32,000 nucleotides of DNA. Origin: Erysipelotrichaceae bacterium OH741_COT-311 (lineage in GTDB: Bacteria; Bacillota_I; Bacilli_A; Erysipelotrichales; Erysipelotrichaceae). Where the stretch lies: contig RQZE01000010.1 of the NCBI GenBank assembly GCA_003858585.1, positions 30,001 through 62,000 of the forward strand. The letters are read 5' to 3'. Position 1 is the first letter of the stretch. The number at the start of each line of letters is the position of its first letter. The translations under genes and the position numbers were made by a program. Of the stretch, positions 7,341-16,146 are shown piece by piece. The notes beneath the pieces were generated by a model. That model searched no databases. It saw nothing but the letters and a program-made list of their open reading frames with translations, and was not told the DNA's origin.

Positions 7341-8201
7341 TTAGTGCCAAGGGAATTGAATTACAGTTTTGTAATCCCCTGGCCAAATTCCTAAGAATCC
7401 TCCAACAATACCGATTACTAATAATAAACCGATACATTTAATTGGAGACCAGTTTTTCTTTTTGATTAATGTGTAGCACATTAATGTTAATCCAAGAGGA
7501 ATTAATGCTGGTAAAATACCATCTAATAAATCTTGAACAATAATTGGTTTTTCACCGTTTGGAATTACCATTCCAAGTCTTGTACCGCCATAGTTACATG
7601 TTAAAGCACCAACAACAAATACCCCTAACATACTTGCAGCATGTGTAAACTCTTTTGCATTCTTAGTCAATACACCAATTGCGCTTGTTCCTAAAGAATA
7701 AGACCAGTACATTAACCAGAAACGTAAGCCCATTTGTACTCCAAATGTAATTAAGAAGTATAAAATTGGACCAGCAAAACTTCCATCAATTGCCATACCA
7801 GCTGTAATACCAGCAGTAATTGGAACTAATGTGAACCAGAACAACGCATCACCAATACCACCTAATGGACCCATTGCAGCAACACGTACCGCACGGATTG
7901 TATTGATGTCTGCTTTTTGTTGTTCTAATGATAATACGATACCCATAACGAATGTTACTAAGAATGGGTGAGTATTAAAGAACTCTAAGTTGTGAGTCAT
8001 TGAAGCAGATAAGTCTTCTTTATTAGTATGGATTTTTTCTAATCCAGGTAAAATACCCCATAACCAACCAGCTGCTTGCATTCTTTCGTAGTTGAAAGAT
8101 GCTTGAAGCATAGTAGATAACCATACCATTTTATTTAAGGTAGCTTTATCTAGTGATTTAGCTGGAGTTAAATCTTTATAAGCAGTAACATTAGATGCCA
8201 T
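7341..8201 (-). CDS. PTS mannose/GalNAc-family EIID component (set 1)
   Basis: The conserved EIID N-terminal region (LQASFNYERMQAAGWLW, NTHP) is present. Start placed at ATG 8201 (MASNV) after GGAGG, overlapping the IIC stop by 11 nt. Confidence 0.9.
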   Translation of the reverse strand: MASNVTAYKDLTPAKSLDKATLNKMVWLSTMLQASFNYERMQAAGWLWGILPGLEKIHTNKEDLSASMTHNLEFFNTHPFLVTFVMGIVLSLEQQKADINTIRAVRVAAMGPLGGIGDALFWFTLVPITAGITAGMAIDGSFAGPILYFLITFGVQMGLRFWLMYWSYSLGTSAIGVLTKNAKEFTHAASMLGVFVVGALTCNYGGTRLGMVIPNGEKPIIVQDLLDGILPALIPLGLTLMCYTLIKKKNWSPIKCIGLLLVIGIVGGFLGIWPGDYKTVIQFPWH

Positions 8202-8985
8202 CACTAGTACCTCCATTTCCTACTAAGTTTTTGATTTTAACATTTGTGTTGTAGTCGTATAATGCAATTGCTGCACCAATAAACGCAACTAATAACAATG
8301 TAGCTCCTGAAGTAGCTGGAATATTTCCTAAAATTGCAGCTGCTGCAAATCCAGCAAAGTAAATACCCCACATATCGTTAGCAAGCATGATTTTCATTAA
8401 GATTGCAAACCCAACGAAACGCATCATTCCACCTGCAGCTCCAAGACCTGTCATGAACCATTGGAATTTTTCAGAGAATTCTTGTAATGTTTCTCCCATA
8501 GCTGTTCCACCAACATAAGCTAATACAGCAAACAATGCAAATAAACCACCTAAGATTAACATAGAGATGTAGTTAACTTGAGCAATTCCCTTAGGCTCTG
8601 CTAAGTCAGCATGTTTGTCTGCTTTTGCCATGATACCTGACATTAAAGCAAATGTAGTTGTTACTGCATATTGACCAAATACAGCGAAGACAATTGAAGC
8701 ACCTAATGCTTCTTCAACACTGAATCCAGATTTTACCGCGAAAATCATAGCAACGATACCACCAAGTACCGCATTTGGAGGTTGTGCCCCACCAACTGGC
8801 ATGTTACCAATCATCATTAATTCATAAGTACCACCAATTGCTAAACCAGTTTGAGCATCACCTAAGATGATCCCAATAATTGGACAAGCGATAATTGGAC
8901 GGTATAATAATTCAGTTAATGAGAATTGGTCGATTGCAAATATAAATGTTACAATTGCAAGTAATATAATTTGAAGTATATCCAT
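8191..8985 (-). CDS. PTS mannose/GalNAc-family EIIC component (set 1)
   Basis: 264-aa polytopic membrane protein with the GGAQPPN motif typical of EIIC-Man. Sits between IIB and IID. Confidence 0.9.
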   Translation of the reverse strand: MDILQIILLAIVTFIFAIDQFSLTELLYRPIIACPIIGIILGDAQTGLAIGGTYELMMIGNMPVGGAQPPNAVLGGIVAMIFAVKSGFSVEEALGASIVFAVFGQYAVTTTFALMSGIMAKADKHADLAEPKGIAQVNYISMLILGGLFALFAVLAYVGGTAMGETLQEFSEKFQWFMTGLGAAGGMMRFVGFAILMKIMLANDMWGIYFAGFAAAAILGNIPATSGATLLLVAFIGAAIALYDYNTNVKIKNLVGNGGTSDGI

Positions 8986-9022
8986 TATATTAGTCCCCTT
9001 TCATTATGATTATTTTTTGCAA

Positions 9023-9499
9023 TTACTTAAATAATTTAGAAACATCTTCTGTTCCCTCTTGTGGAACTTTACGAATTTCTAGTTCAACTCCAAGTTCTTG
9101 AAGTTTCTTAAATGCAGCAACATCAGTATCATCTACAGCAACAGTTGTCGCAACTTGGCGTTTACCATCTGCCATATGCATATTACCAATGTTAACTTTC
9201 TTAATCGGCACTCCACCTTCTACTAGCTTTAAAACATCAGTAGGTGTTTCACAAACCAAGAAAATCTTTTGTGCATCTGAAGCCTTATGGATTGTGCTAA
9301 TCGTTTTCTCAATCGTCCAATAACGTGTTTGAGCGTAACTAGGAGCAGCCATATCCATCAAGCCTTGTCGAAATGAATTGCCAGCAACATCATCATTAGC
9401 TACCAAAATTAAGTTAGCCCCAATGCTTCCACACCATTGTGTAGCAACTTGACCATGAATTAGTCGGTTGTCAATTCTCGTTAATACGATATTTGGCAT
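9023..9499 (-). CDS. PTS mannose/GalNAc-family EIIB component (set 1)
   Basis: 158 aa. N-terminal LTRIDNRLIHGQVATQW carries the EIIB-Man phospho-histidine motif. Confidence 0.9.
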   Translation of the reverse strand: MPNIVLTRIDNRLIHGQVATQWCGSIGANLILVANDDVAGNSFRQGLMDMAAPSYAQTRYWTIEKTISTIHKASDAQKIFLVCETPTDVLKLVEGGVPIKKVNIGNMHMADGKRQVATTVAVDDTDVAAFKKLQELGVELEIRKVPQEGTEDVSKLFK

Positions 9500-9730
9500 A
9501 TTTGCTCATCCCTTCATTATAGAGCGGAAAATTAAACCGCTTACTATAAAAATATTTTACTTGTATTTACTTAATATTTCTTTATACAAAATAACTTTTG
9601 ATTTGCACTTTTCAACACTTTTTTATTTTCCAACATTTTTTTATATAAACTAGGAATATCCAACTCTCCATTAGGAAAAATCATTTCCTAATTTGTACTT
9701 TTAAATTTAATTCATTTATGATTAAATGAA

Positions 9731-9759
9731 TTGTACAAAAATGAAGATAGATTTATAAT
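9731..9759 (+). promoter_or_regulatory. candidate promoter of the AraC-family gene (TTGTAC-N17-TATAAT)
   Basis: The hexamers are spaced 17 nt apart, but the -10 ends only 16 nt before ATG 9776, implying a very short leader. The palindrome at 9709-9732 abuts the -35. Confidence 0.35.
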
Positions 9760-9775
9760 ATAAAAGGTGATTAAT

Positions 9776-10951
9776 ATGTATAAAAAAACAACTGGACCAC
9801 AATTTACGCAATATGGTTCTATATATGAAATTGATACAAATTTACTAAATATGGATACTTACACAGTAACTACCGTAGAAACAACCATAAAAGATTTATC
9901 AGAATTACATCAATATAACGATGAGGTTATTATTAAATGTATTGATGGTATTGCCATGTTATGTATCAAAGAACACAACAGTGATCCTATCATGCAACAA
10001 TTCGTCATGCATCGTACTGTAAAACTTCATCCTAATTTATATTTCAATATTATTCCAATGACTAATAAAACAACTTATGAAGTCATCCATAAAAAACATG
10101 CTAAAAAAAGGGTTGCTCCTTTATCAAAACCTTATGGTATCACACACATTAAAACAAGCTTTCATATCGATGAAATCTTCTCTTTTTACTATAGTGTAAA
10201 AGGTACCGGCTATTATTTTGACGGGGAGCAACATGAATACTTTGAATTAACATATGTCGATAATGGTTCTTTAAATGTAGAAGTAGAAGGAAAAAACTAT
10301 GAGATTAATGAATATGAGCTTATGATTTTTGGTCCTAACCAATTTCATCGCCAAAAGGTAACCGCCAATAAACCATGTTCTTATTTAACAATTATGTTTA
10401 ATATGTCAATCGAACATTATCAATCCTTAATTAATCGTAAATTTAAAATTAAAAGAGAACTGCTATCTACACTAAATAAATTTGTCGATGAATCAAACAT
10501 TGATTTACCATATCGAGAAGATTTAATGATTAGCTTACTAAAAGTATTAATCATTAATCTATTGCAATATGACTTCCATCTGAAAGAACAAAAACCAACC
10601 TCTCCAATCAATCAACACTTCGAAAACGAAATGGTTAATGAAATCATCAACTATATTGACAGTCATCTATATGAACCTCTTTCCATCGCTGAAATATGTC
10701 ATCATTTCTCGATATCAAGATCATCTTTACAAAATTTATTTAAAGATAACATTAAGATTGCCCCTAAGAAATACATTAATGAAGCAAAACTTAAGAAAAG
10801 TCGTATTTTAATCAGAGAAAATAAACACAACATTTCAGAAATTTCATCCATGCTTGGATTTAATAGTATTCATTACTTCTCAAGAAAATTTACCCAAAGA
10901 TATAAAGTCACTCCTTCCTACTATGCAAAAAGTATTTATAAAGACAACTAA
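9776..10951 (+). CDS. AraC/XylS-family transcriptional regulator with extended N-terminus
   Basis: C-terminal double HTH (LSIAEICHHFSISRSSLQNLFK, then ISEISSMLGFNSIHYFSRKFTQRYKVTPSYY). Central cupin-like AraC-binding segment (FELTYVDNGSLNVEVEGKNYEINEYELMIFGPNQFH). Start ATG 9776 preferred over GTG 9767. Confidence 0.85.
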   Translation: MYKKTTGPQFTQYGSIYEIDTNLLNMDTYTVTTVETTIKDLSELHQYNDEVIIKCIDGIAMLCIKEHNSDPIMQQFVMHRTVKLHPNLYFNIIPMTNKTTYEVIHKKHAKKRVAPLSKPYGITHIKTSFHIDEIFSFYYSVKGTGYYFDGEQHEYFELTYVDNGSLNVEVEGKNYEINEYELMIFGPNQFHRQKVTANKPCSYLTIMFNMSIEHYQSLINRKFKIKRELLSTLNKFVDESNIDLPYREDLMISLLKVLIINLLQYDFHLKEQKPTSPINQHFENEMVNEIINYIDSHLYEPLSIAEICHHFSISRSSLQNLFKDNIKIAPKKYINEAKLKKSRILIRENKHNISEISSMLGFNSIHYFSRKFTQRYKVTPSYYAKSIYKDN

Positions 10952-10954
10952 AAA

Positions 10955-10980
10955 AACTTAAATCTAACTTGATTTAAGTT
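10955..10980. terminator. bidirectional hairpin between convergent araC-family gene and ntpD
   Basis: AACTTAAATC-TAACTT-GATTTAAGTT is flanked by an A-run and a T-run and overlaps the ntpD 3' end. Confidence 0.6.
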
Positions 10981-11593
10981 TTTCTTTTTTTAATTTAATG
11001 ACCTTCTGTCTTGAAAATTCTTCACGCTCTTTTTCTTCCAATACTTCTTGAATAAATTTAACGGTATCTTCAAAATTAGGAATCACAATATTTTTTAATG
11101 CATTAGCTCTTTTTTGTGTCTTACGAATTGCATTTGCTAAACGATATACACTATTATCTACTTCCGCCAATATAAACGTTAATTCTTTTACCTTTTGAAA
11201 TTGAACATACGCTTCGTCAACTCTAGCATTGGATTCACTAAACCCATACTCCATTTTAATTGGTTTTTGTGTATAACCAACACTTGGTATTTCAACCCCC
11301 ATAACACTTCGATAGCTAATATGAATCGAAGACTCTACTTGTACACTACTAGCTAGTTCACTAATTACCCCATTAGAGATATTGGCTTGTTGCAGATAAT
11401 AATAAGCCAATTCATAACTTTCCGTAATTTCATTACGCAATATTTTCACTTTATCAAGTAGAACCATCATTTCACGTATTAATACATTACGTTTTTTATC
11501 AAGTAATTCATAGCCATCCTTCGCTAAGATTAGTGATTTTTTTGTAGCTAATAAATTCCCTTTTGTCGGAAATATTTTATGTTCCTTTGACAT
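10964..11593 (-). CDS. ntpD: V/A-type ATPase subunit D
   Basis: 209 aa. N-terminal PTKGNLLATKKSLILAKDGYELLDKKRNVLIRE is typical of subunit D. Last gene after A and B. Confidence 0.9.
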   Translation of the reverse strand: MSKEHKIFPTKGNLLATKKSLILAKDGYELLDKKRNVLIREMMVLLDKVKILRNEITESYELAYYYLQQANISNGVISELASSVQVESSIHISYRSVMGVEIPSVGYTQKPIKMEYGFSESNARVDEAYVQFQKVKELTFILAEVDNSVYRLANAIRKTQKRANALKNIVIPNFEDTVKFIQEVLEEKEREEFSRQKVIKLKKEKLKSS

Positions 11594-11595
11594 AA

Positions 11596-13014
11596 CTAAA
11601 CACCAACACTTGCTAAAGTTTCAAGAATACGAGAGGCTGTACTTGGATTATAGTGTTGTTTGATTAAATTTTGATCAAGACGATCAAGCGAAGATTCCGG
11701 AAGCATACTTAACAATGCCCATCCCAATGATAAGGTTTCATTGATAGAACGCTTTGTATCAAAGCCTTGACCAATAAAAATCTTTTCAAATTGACGACCA
11801 AATTCTAAATGCATTTGATCATTGCTTGATAATTCATCTTCTCCAATAACAGAAGCTAGTGAACGAGCTTCAATCACCTTGGCATAAGAAGCAAACAACT
11901 GATTAGCTAAGGCACTATGATCTTCTCTCGTATATCCTTTACCAATACCGTCTTTCATAAGACGTGATAAAGAAGCCAATGGACCAACAGGTGGATAAAT
12001 CCCATTTTGATGCAATTGGCGATCTAACACAATTTGTCCCTCGGTAATATAGCCTGTTAAATCCGGAACAGGATGGGTAATATCATCATTAGGCATAGTC
12101 AAAATCGGAATTTGAGTTACCGATCCCTTTTTACCTTGAACAATACCGGCACGCTCATAAAGCGAAGCCAAATCCGAATACATGTAACCCGGATACCCTT
12201 TACGACCCGGAATTTCTCCCTTACTGCTTGAAAACTCACGTAGTGCTTCACAATAAGACGTAATATCAGTCAAAATAACTAAGATATGCATATCTTGTTG
12301 ATACGCTAAATACTCTGCTGCACTTAAAGCGCAACGAGGCGTAATGATACGCTCAATAATTGGATCATTGGCTAAGTTGATAAACATACATACTTTTTCC
12401 ATAACCCCTGTTTCTTCAAACGAACGCTTAAAGTACTCTGCTACATCATTTTTTACACCCATGGCACCAAACACAATACCAAAGTCTTTTCCTTGCGAAT
12501 CAGCAATTTGTGCCTGACGAACAATTTGTACAGCTAACTTATCATGTGGCATCCCACTTCCGGAAAAAATAGGAAGTTTTTGTCCACGAATCAAAGTATT
12601 TAATCCATCAATCGTACTAATACCTGTATTGATATAATTACGTGGATAGACACGTGCAACCGGATTTAATGGATTTCCATTAATATCCGCCTTAAAATTC
12701 GAATATACCTCTCCTAATCCATCGATCGGCTTACCAGAACCATTAAAAATACGTCCCAGTATTTCCTTACTCAAAGGAAGTTCCATTGGATGCCCTAAAA
12801 ACTTTGTCTTAGTATTTGTTTTTGACAAACCGCTTGTTCCTTCAAAGACTTGCACAATCGCTTTTTTTCCTTCTATTTCAACAACTCTTCCTAAGCGAAT
12901 ATGTCCATCTTGCGTTTTTATCTCGACAATTTCTTCATTCGATACATCATCAACATTATCCATTACTACTAATGAACCAGCAATTTCATTTAAACCTAAA
13001 ATTGATAAAGTCAT
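11596..13014 (-). CDS. ntpB: V/A-type ATPase subunit B
   Basis: 472 aa with the conserved non-catalytic B-subunit core ([31 protein letters not shown]). Confidence 0.95.
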   Translation of the reverse strand: MTLSILGLNEIAGSLVVMDNVDDVSNEEIVEIKTQDGHIRLGRVVEIEGKKAIVQVFEGTSGLSKTNTKTKFLGHPMELPLSKEILGRIFNGSGKPIDGLGEVYSNFKADINGNPLNPVARVYPRNYINTGISTIDGLNTLIRGQKLPIFSGSGMPHDKLAVQIVRQAQIADSQGKDFGIVFGAMGVKNDVAEYFKRSFEETGVMEKVCMFINLANDPIIERIITPRCALSAAEYLAYQQDMHILVILTDITSYCEALREFSSSKGEIPGRKGYPGYMYSDLASLYERAGIVQGKKGSVTQIPILTMPNDDITHPVPDLTGYITEGQIVLDRQLHQNGIYPPVGPLASLSRLMKDGIGKGYTREDHSALANQLFASYAKVIEARSLASVIGEDELSSNDQMHLEFGRQFEKIFIGQGFDTKRSINETLSLGWALLSMLPESSLDRLDQNLIKQHYNPSTASRILETLASVGV

Positions 13015-13025
13015 GAAATACCTCC

Positions 13026-14780
13026 TTAATCAATGGATTTTAATGCTTGATCAATTTCTACATAGTAATTGTCAAATGCCATTAAATCATCATTTCTAAC
13101 ATCATATTTTATCTTAATAATTTTATCTATAATTCCTGTTTTATTCAGTAAACTAACAGGAATCTTTCTTGTTACTAACTTTTTAGCTTCTTGATAAAAG
13201 TAATGAATTACCTTTAACATTTGATATTGTTTTGCAAGTGGGACATATGTATCCTCTTGATGATAAGCATTTTGTTGTAAGAAACCTACACGAATTATTT
13301 TTGCAACCAACAGAATTAACTTTTGATCATCTGGCAATACATCTGCACCAATCAACTTAACAATCTCGTTTAATTTATTCTCTTCTGCCAAAAGCATAAT
13401 CATTTCTTTACGCAAACTACTAAAATCACGAGCTACCTGTTCACTATAATACTTACTTAAATCATCAATATACTCACTATAAGAAGTATTCCAGTTAATA
13501 GCCGGATAATGTCTTGCATAAGCTAATGACTTATCCAATGCCCAGAAACAACGAACAAAACGCTTCGTATTCTGTGTAACAGGCTCTGAAAAATCTGCAC
13601 CTTGTGGTGAAACTGCACCAATGATGGTGATTGAACCTTCTTGTTGATTTAAGGTCTTAACCAAACCGGCACGTTCATAAAATTGTGCAATACGAGAAGG
13701 CAAATACGCCGGAAACCCCTCTTCAGCCGGCATTTCTTCCAATCGTCCTGATATTTCTCTTAATGCCTCAGCCCATCGAGAAGTAGAATCTGCCATAATA
13801 GCAACATGATAACCCATATCACGATAATACTCAGCCAGAGTAATTCCTGTATAAATACTTGCTTCACGAGCAGCCACCGGCATATTACTTGTATTGGCAA
13901 TTAACACCGTACGAGCTAACAGCGGTTGGTTACTCTTAGGGTCAATCAACTCTGAAAACTCTTGTAACACTTGTGTCATTTCATTTCCACGCTCACCACA
14001 GCCCACATATACAATTAAATCCGCATCACACCACTTAGCAATTTGATGTTGCGTCATTGTTTTACCAGAACCAAACCCTCCCGGAACACTTGCCGCACCA
14101 CCTTTTGCAATCGGAAATAACGTATCAATGACTCTTTGTCCTGTAATTAAAGGTCGATGAATCCCTAAACGTTTACGAATAGGACGCGGATTACGAATTG
14201 GCCACTTTGATGTTAAATCAATATTATGGATTAATCCATAATCATCTTTTATTTTAACAATTGTTTGTTTAATATTGTATGCACCATTCTCTACGACTTC
14301 AATAACTTGACCACTTAAAGATGGACTCAACAAACAGCGATGCATAATAAGACTGGTTTCTTGACATTGGGCATAAACAGATCCCCCGTAAAGATAATCT
14401 CCAACTTTACAAAGCACTTCAACATTCCATAGTTTCTCTACATCTAAAGAATCTACTTGACTGCCAATATCAATAAAAGCCCCTTGTTTTTCATATAAAT
14501 CTTTTAAAGGACGCTCTATCCCATCAAAGATATTACCGACAATCCCAGGACCTAATGTCACATATAAAAGTTCTTTACTACCAACTACCGGTTCATTTGG
14601 TTTTAACCCTGTTGTAGACTCATATACTTGGATTGTCACCAAGTCATTATCAATTTTAATAACTTCTCCCAATAACTTTTTATGACCGACATAAACCATT
14701 TCCAACATGGAAAAATCATTTGTATCTTTTACAGTTATAACAGGCCCATTAATTGAATATATTTTATTTTCCATAGTCAC
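13026..14780 (-). CDS. ntpA: V/A-type ATPase catalytic subunit A
   Basis: 584 aa. Walker A GGFGSGKT, and [23 protein letters not shown]. Normal length, so no intein. Confidence 0.95.
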   Translation of the reverse strand: MTMENKIYSINGPVITVKDTNDFSMLEMVYVGHKKLLGEVIKIDNDLVTIQVYESTTGLKPNEPVVGSKELLYVTLGPGIVGNIFDGIERPLKDLYEKQGAFIDIGSQVDSLDVEKLWNVEVLCKVGDYLYGGSVYAQCQETSLIMHRCLLSPSLSGQVIEVVENGAYNIKQTIVKIKDDYGLIHNIDLTSKWPIRNPRPIRKRLGIHRPLITGQRVIDTLFPIAKGGAASVPGGFGSGKTMTQHQIAKWCDADLIVYVGCGERGNEMTQVLQEFSELIDPKSNQPLLARTVLIANTSNMPVAAREASIYTGITLAEYYRDMGYHVAIMADSTSRWAEALREISGRLEEMPAEEGFPAYLPSRIAQFYERAGLVKTLNQQEGSITIIGAVSPQGADFSEPVTQNTKRFVRCFWALDKSLAYARHYPAINWNTSYSEYIDDLSKYYSEQVARDFSSLRKEMIMLLAEENKLNEIVKLIGADVLPDDQKLILLVAKIIRVGFLQQNAYHQEDTYVPLAKQYQMLKVIHYFYQEAKKLVTRKIPVSLLNKTGIIDKIIKIKYDVRNDDLMAFDNYYVEIDQALKSID

Positions 14781-14782
14781 CT

Positions 14783-15355
14783 CTACAACATAAACCCTGA
14801 ATGATCATAAAACCATTGTTCTTGTAACTTCACTTTTGTATCAAACGTTTCATCCATTTCAACTTTTAAAATCTCACTAATAAAACGAAATCCACCTAAC
14901 TTAACAAGTCCACTTCGTAGTTCACACTTTACTTCTAATGAACTTAAAATCTTTTCAAACACATGGACATCTTCTTGATTGATCTCTAAGTAACCCAAAG
15001 ATAAATCAACGTCCAATGCCTTTAATTTCTTATAACAATATGAATAATACTCTTCACTTTTTTTAAACTTTAAAATTTCATCCACTACTTCTTTAAACAA
15101 TTCATTTACTAACTCTTGTCTTACTTTTAATAGATCACGTTTGGTTTTTAATTTATTCTGTGAAATAGCCATTGCCGTCTTTAGACGTAAATCATTTAAC
15201 TCTGCTTCATAATAAGCATCTATTTCATGATTTAAACCTTGTAAATAATAATTAATTTCATCATTCCTTAACACTTCAATCTCTTGATTAATACGACCAA
15301 TAATCAAGTTTGCTTGCTCTTGTACATCATCCAATATTACTTTCTTTGCATCCAT
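14783..15355 (-). CDS. ntpE: V/A-type ATPase subunit E (peripheral stalk)
   Basis: 190 aa with a long N-terminal helix and a C-terminal globular part (VKLGGFRFISEILKVEMDETFDTKV), resembling E subunits. Confidence 0.7.
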   Translation of the reverse strand: MDAKKVILDDVQEQANLIIGRINQEIEVLRNDEINYYLQGLNHEIDAYYEAELNDLRLKTAMAISQNKLKTKRDLLKVRQELVNELFKEVVDEILKFKKSEEYYSYCYKKLKALDVDLSLGYLEINQEDVHVFEKILSSLEVKCELRSGLVKLGGFRFISEILKVEMDETFDTKVKLQEQWFYDHSGFML

Positions 15356-15356
15356 T

Positions 15357-15674
15357 CTATAAACCTCCTAGCTTTATACCAATGGCTTGTGAAATATAAG
15401 AGTCAATTGTCTCTCCTATTTTAGCTGAGCCATGGCGATCAGGAATTTCAACTAGCAAAGGTTTTGATAAGGTTAACTTCATTTCTGAAATAACATCCGG
15501 ACATAAATTAACTATCTTTGTCGTCATCAAAACAATTGCAATTTCTTCATTTGCAATTGCCTTTTCCAACTCCTGTAACACCTCAGTCTTGCTGTGAACA
15601 ACAACACCTTCTACCCCAGCTAATCTAAGTCCAATTTGCGTATCAATATTATCGCTAATCAAAGTCATCTTCAT
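15357..15674 (-). CDS. ntpF: V/A-type ATPase subunit F
   Basis: 105 aa. MKMTLISDNIDTQIGLRLAGVEG and the following IAIVLMT resemble subunit F. Confidence 0.8.
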   Translation of the reverse strand: MKMTLISDNIDTQIGLRLAGVEGVVVHSKTEVLQELEKAIANEEIAIVLMTTKIVNLCPDVISEMKLTLSKPLLVEIPDRHGSAKIGETIDSYISQAIGIKLGGL

Positions 15675-15682
15675 AGTGAACC

Positions 15683-16129
15683 CTATAGCTTATTGATAAT
15701 TAAAATCGAAATTAACAAACCGTAAATCGCAACCCCTTCACCTAAGGCAACAAAGATAATAGCTTTCCCAAAGTTTTCACTATTTTCACTAATAGCTCCA
15801 ATGGCAGCAGGCGCCGCTGCTGCAACGGCTAATCCAGCTCCAATTGCACTTGCTGAAGTCGCAATTGCCGCTGCAATAAAGCCCATCCCTTGCGCCATTG
15901 TGCCAACAATAGGATTACTTACCGTTTCACCACTTGATGCCAAAGCTGAGATACTACCAATTTGGAAAATTACCGCAAAAATAAAGACACCGATAAATAC
16001 AGCAATTTGACTAATTAACTTTACTTTCGCATTTTTCACATTTCTTTCATTTTTAAACATAATAAATAATGGTGCAATTACTAATACAACTGCAATTAAA
16101 GGTAAAAACATTTCAATCATCGATAACAT
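15683..16129 (-). CDS. ntpK: V/A-type ATPase proteolipid subunit K (c), single hairpin with about 65-aa hydrophobic N-terminal extension
   Basis: The C-terminal 70 aa form a Gly/Ala-rich helix, a polar loop, then FVALGEGVAIYGLLISILI with the essential Glu. The N-terminus has two further hydrophobic segments. GGAGAGGAAAG RBS lies before ATG 16129. Confidence 0.85.
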   Translation of the reverse strand: MLSMIEMFLPLIAVVLVIAPLFIMFKNERNVKNAKVKLISQIAVFIGVFIFAVIFQIGSISALASSGETVSNPIVGTMAQGMGFIAAAIATSASAIGAGLAVAAAAPAAIGAISENSENFGKAIIFVALGEGVAIYGLLISILIINKL

Positions 16130-16146
16130 AACTTCTTTCCTCTCCT

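Noticed and set aside
9468-9653. 61-aa plus-strand ORF spanning the PTS/AraC intergenic region
   Set aside because: It starts inside the IIB coding region and has no RBS. Its Phe/Ile/Tyr-rich translation is typical of AT-rich non-coding DNA. The region is better explained as promoter and operator sequence.
9765-9778. 14-nt identity AGGTGATTAATATG at the AraC gene start and, on the minus strand, at the ntpC start (19030-19017)
   Set aside because: Both are RBS-plus-start contexts in an AT-rich genome. A single 14-mer match across both strands of 32 kb is within chance expectation, and no extended similarity flanks it.
13026-14780. Possible intein or insertion in the V-ATPase catalytic A subunit
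   Set aside because: The length (584 aa) and uninterrupted conserved motifs are those of an ordinary A subunit.
15801-16010. 69-aa Ala/Pro-rich plus-strand ORF (MAAGAAAATANPAPIALAEV...)
   Set aside because: It is the antisense shadow of the Gly/Ala-rich ntpK helices (GCN codons read backwards). It has no RBS and lies entirely within a well-supported gene.
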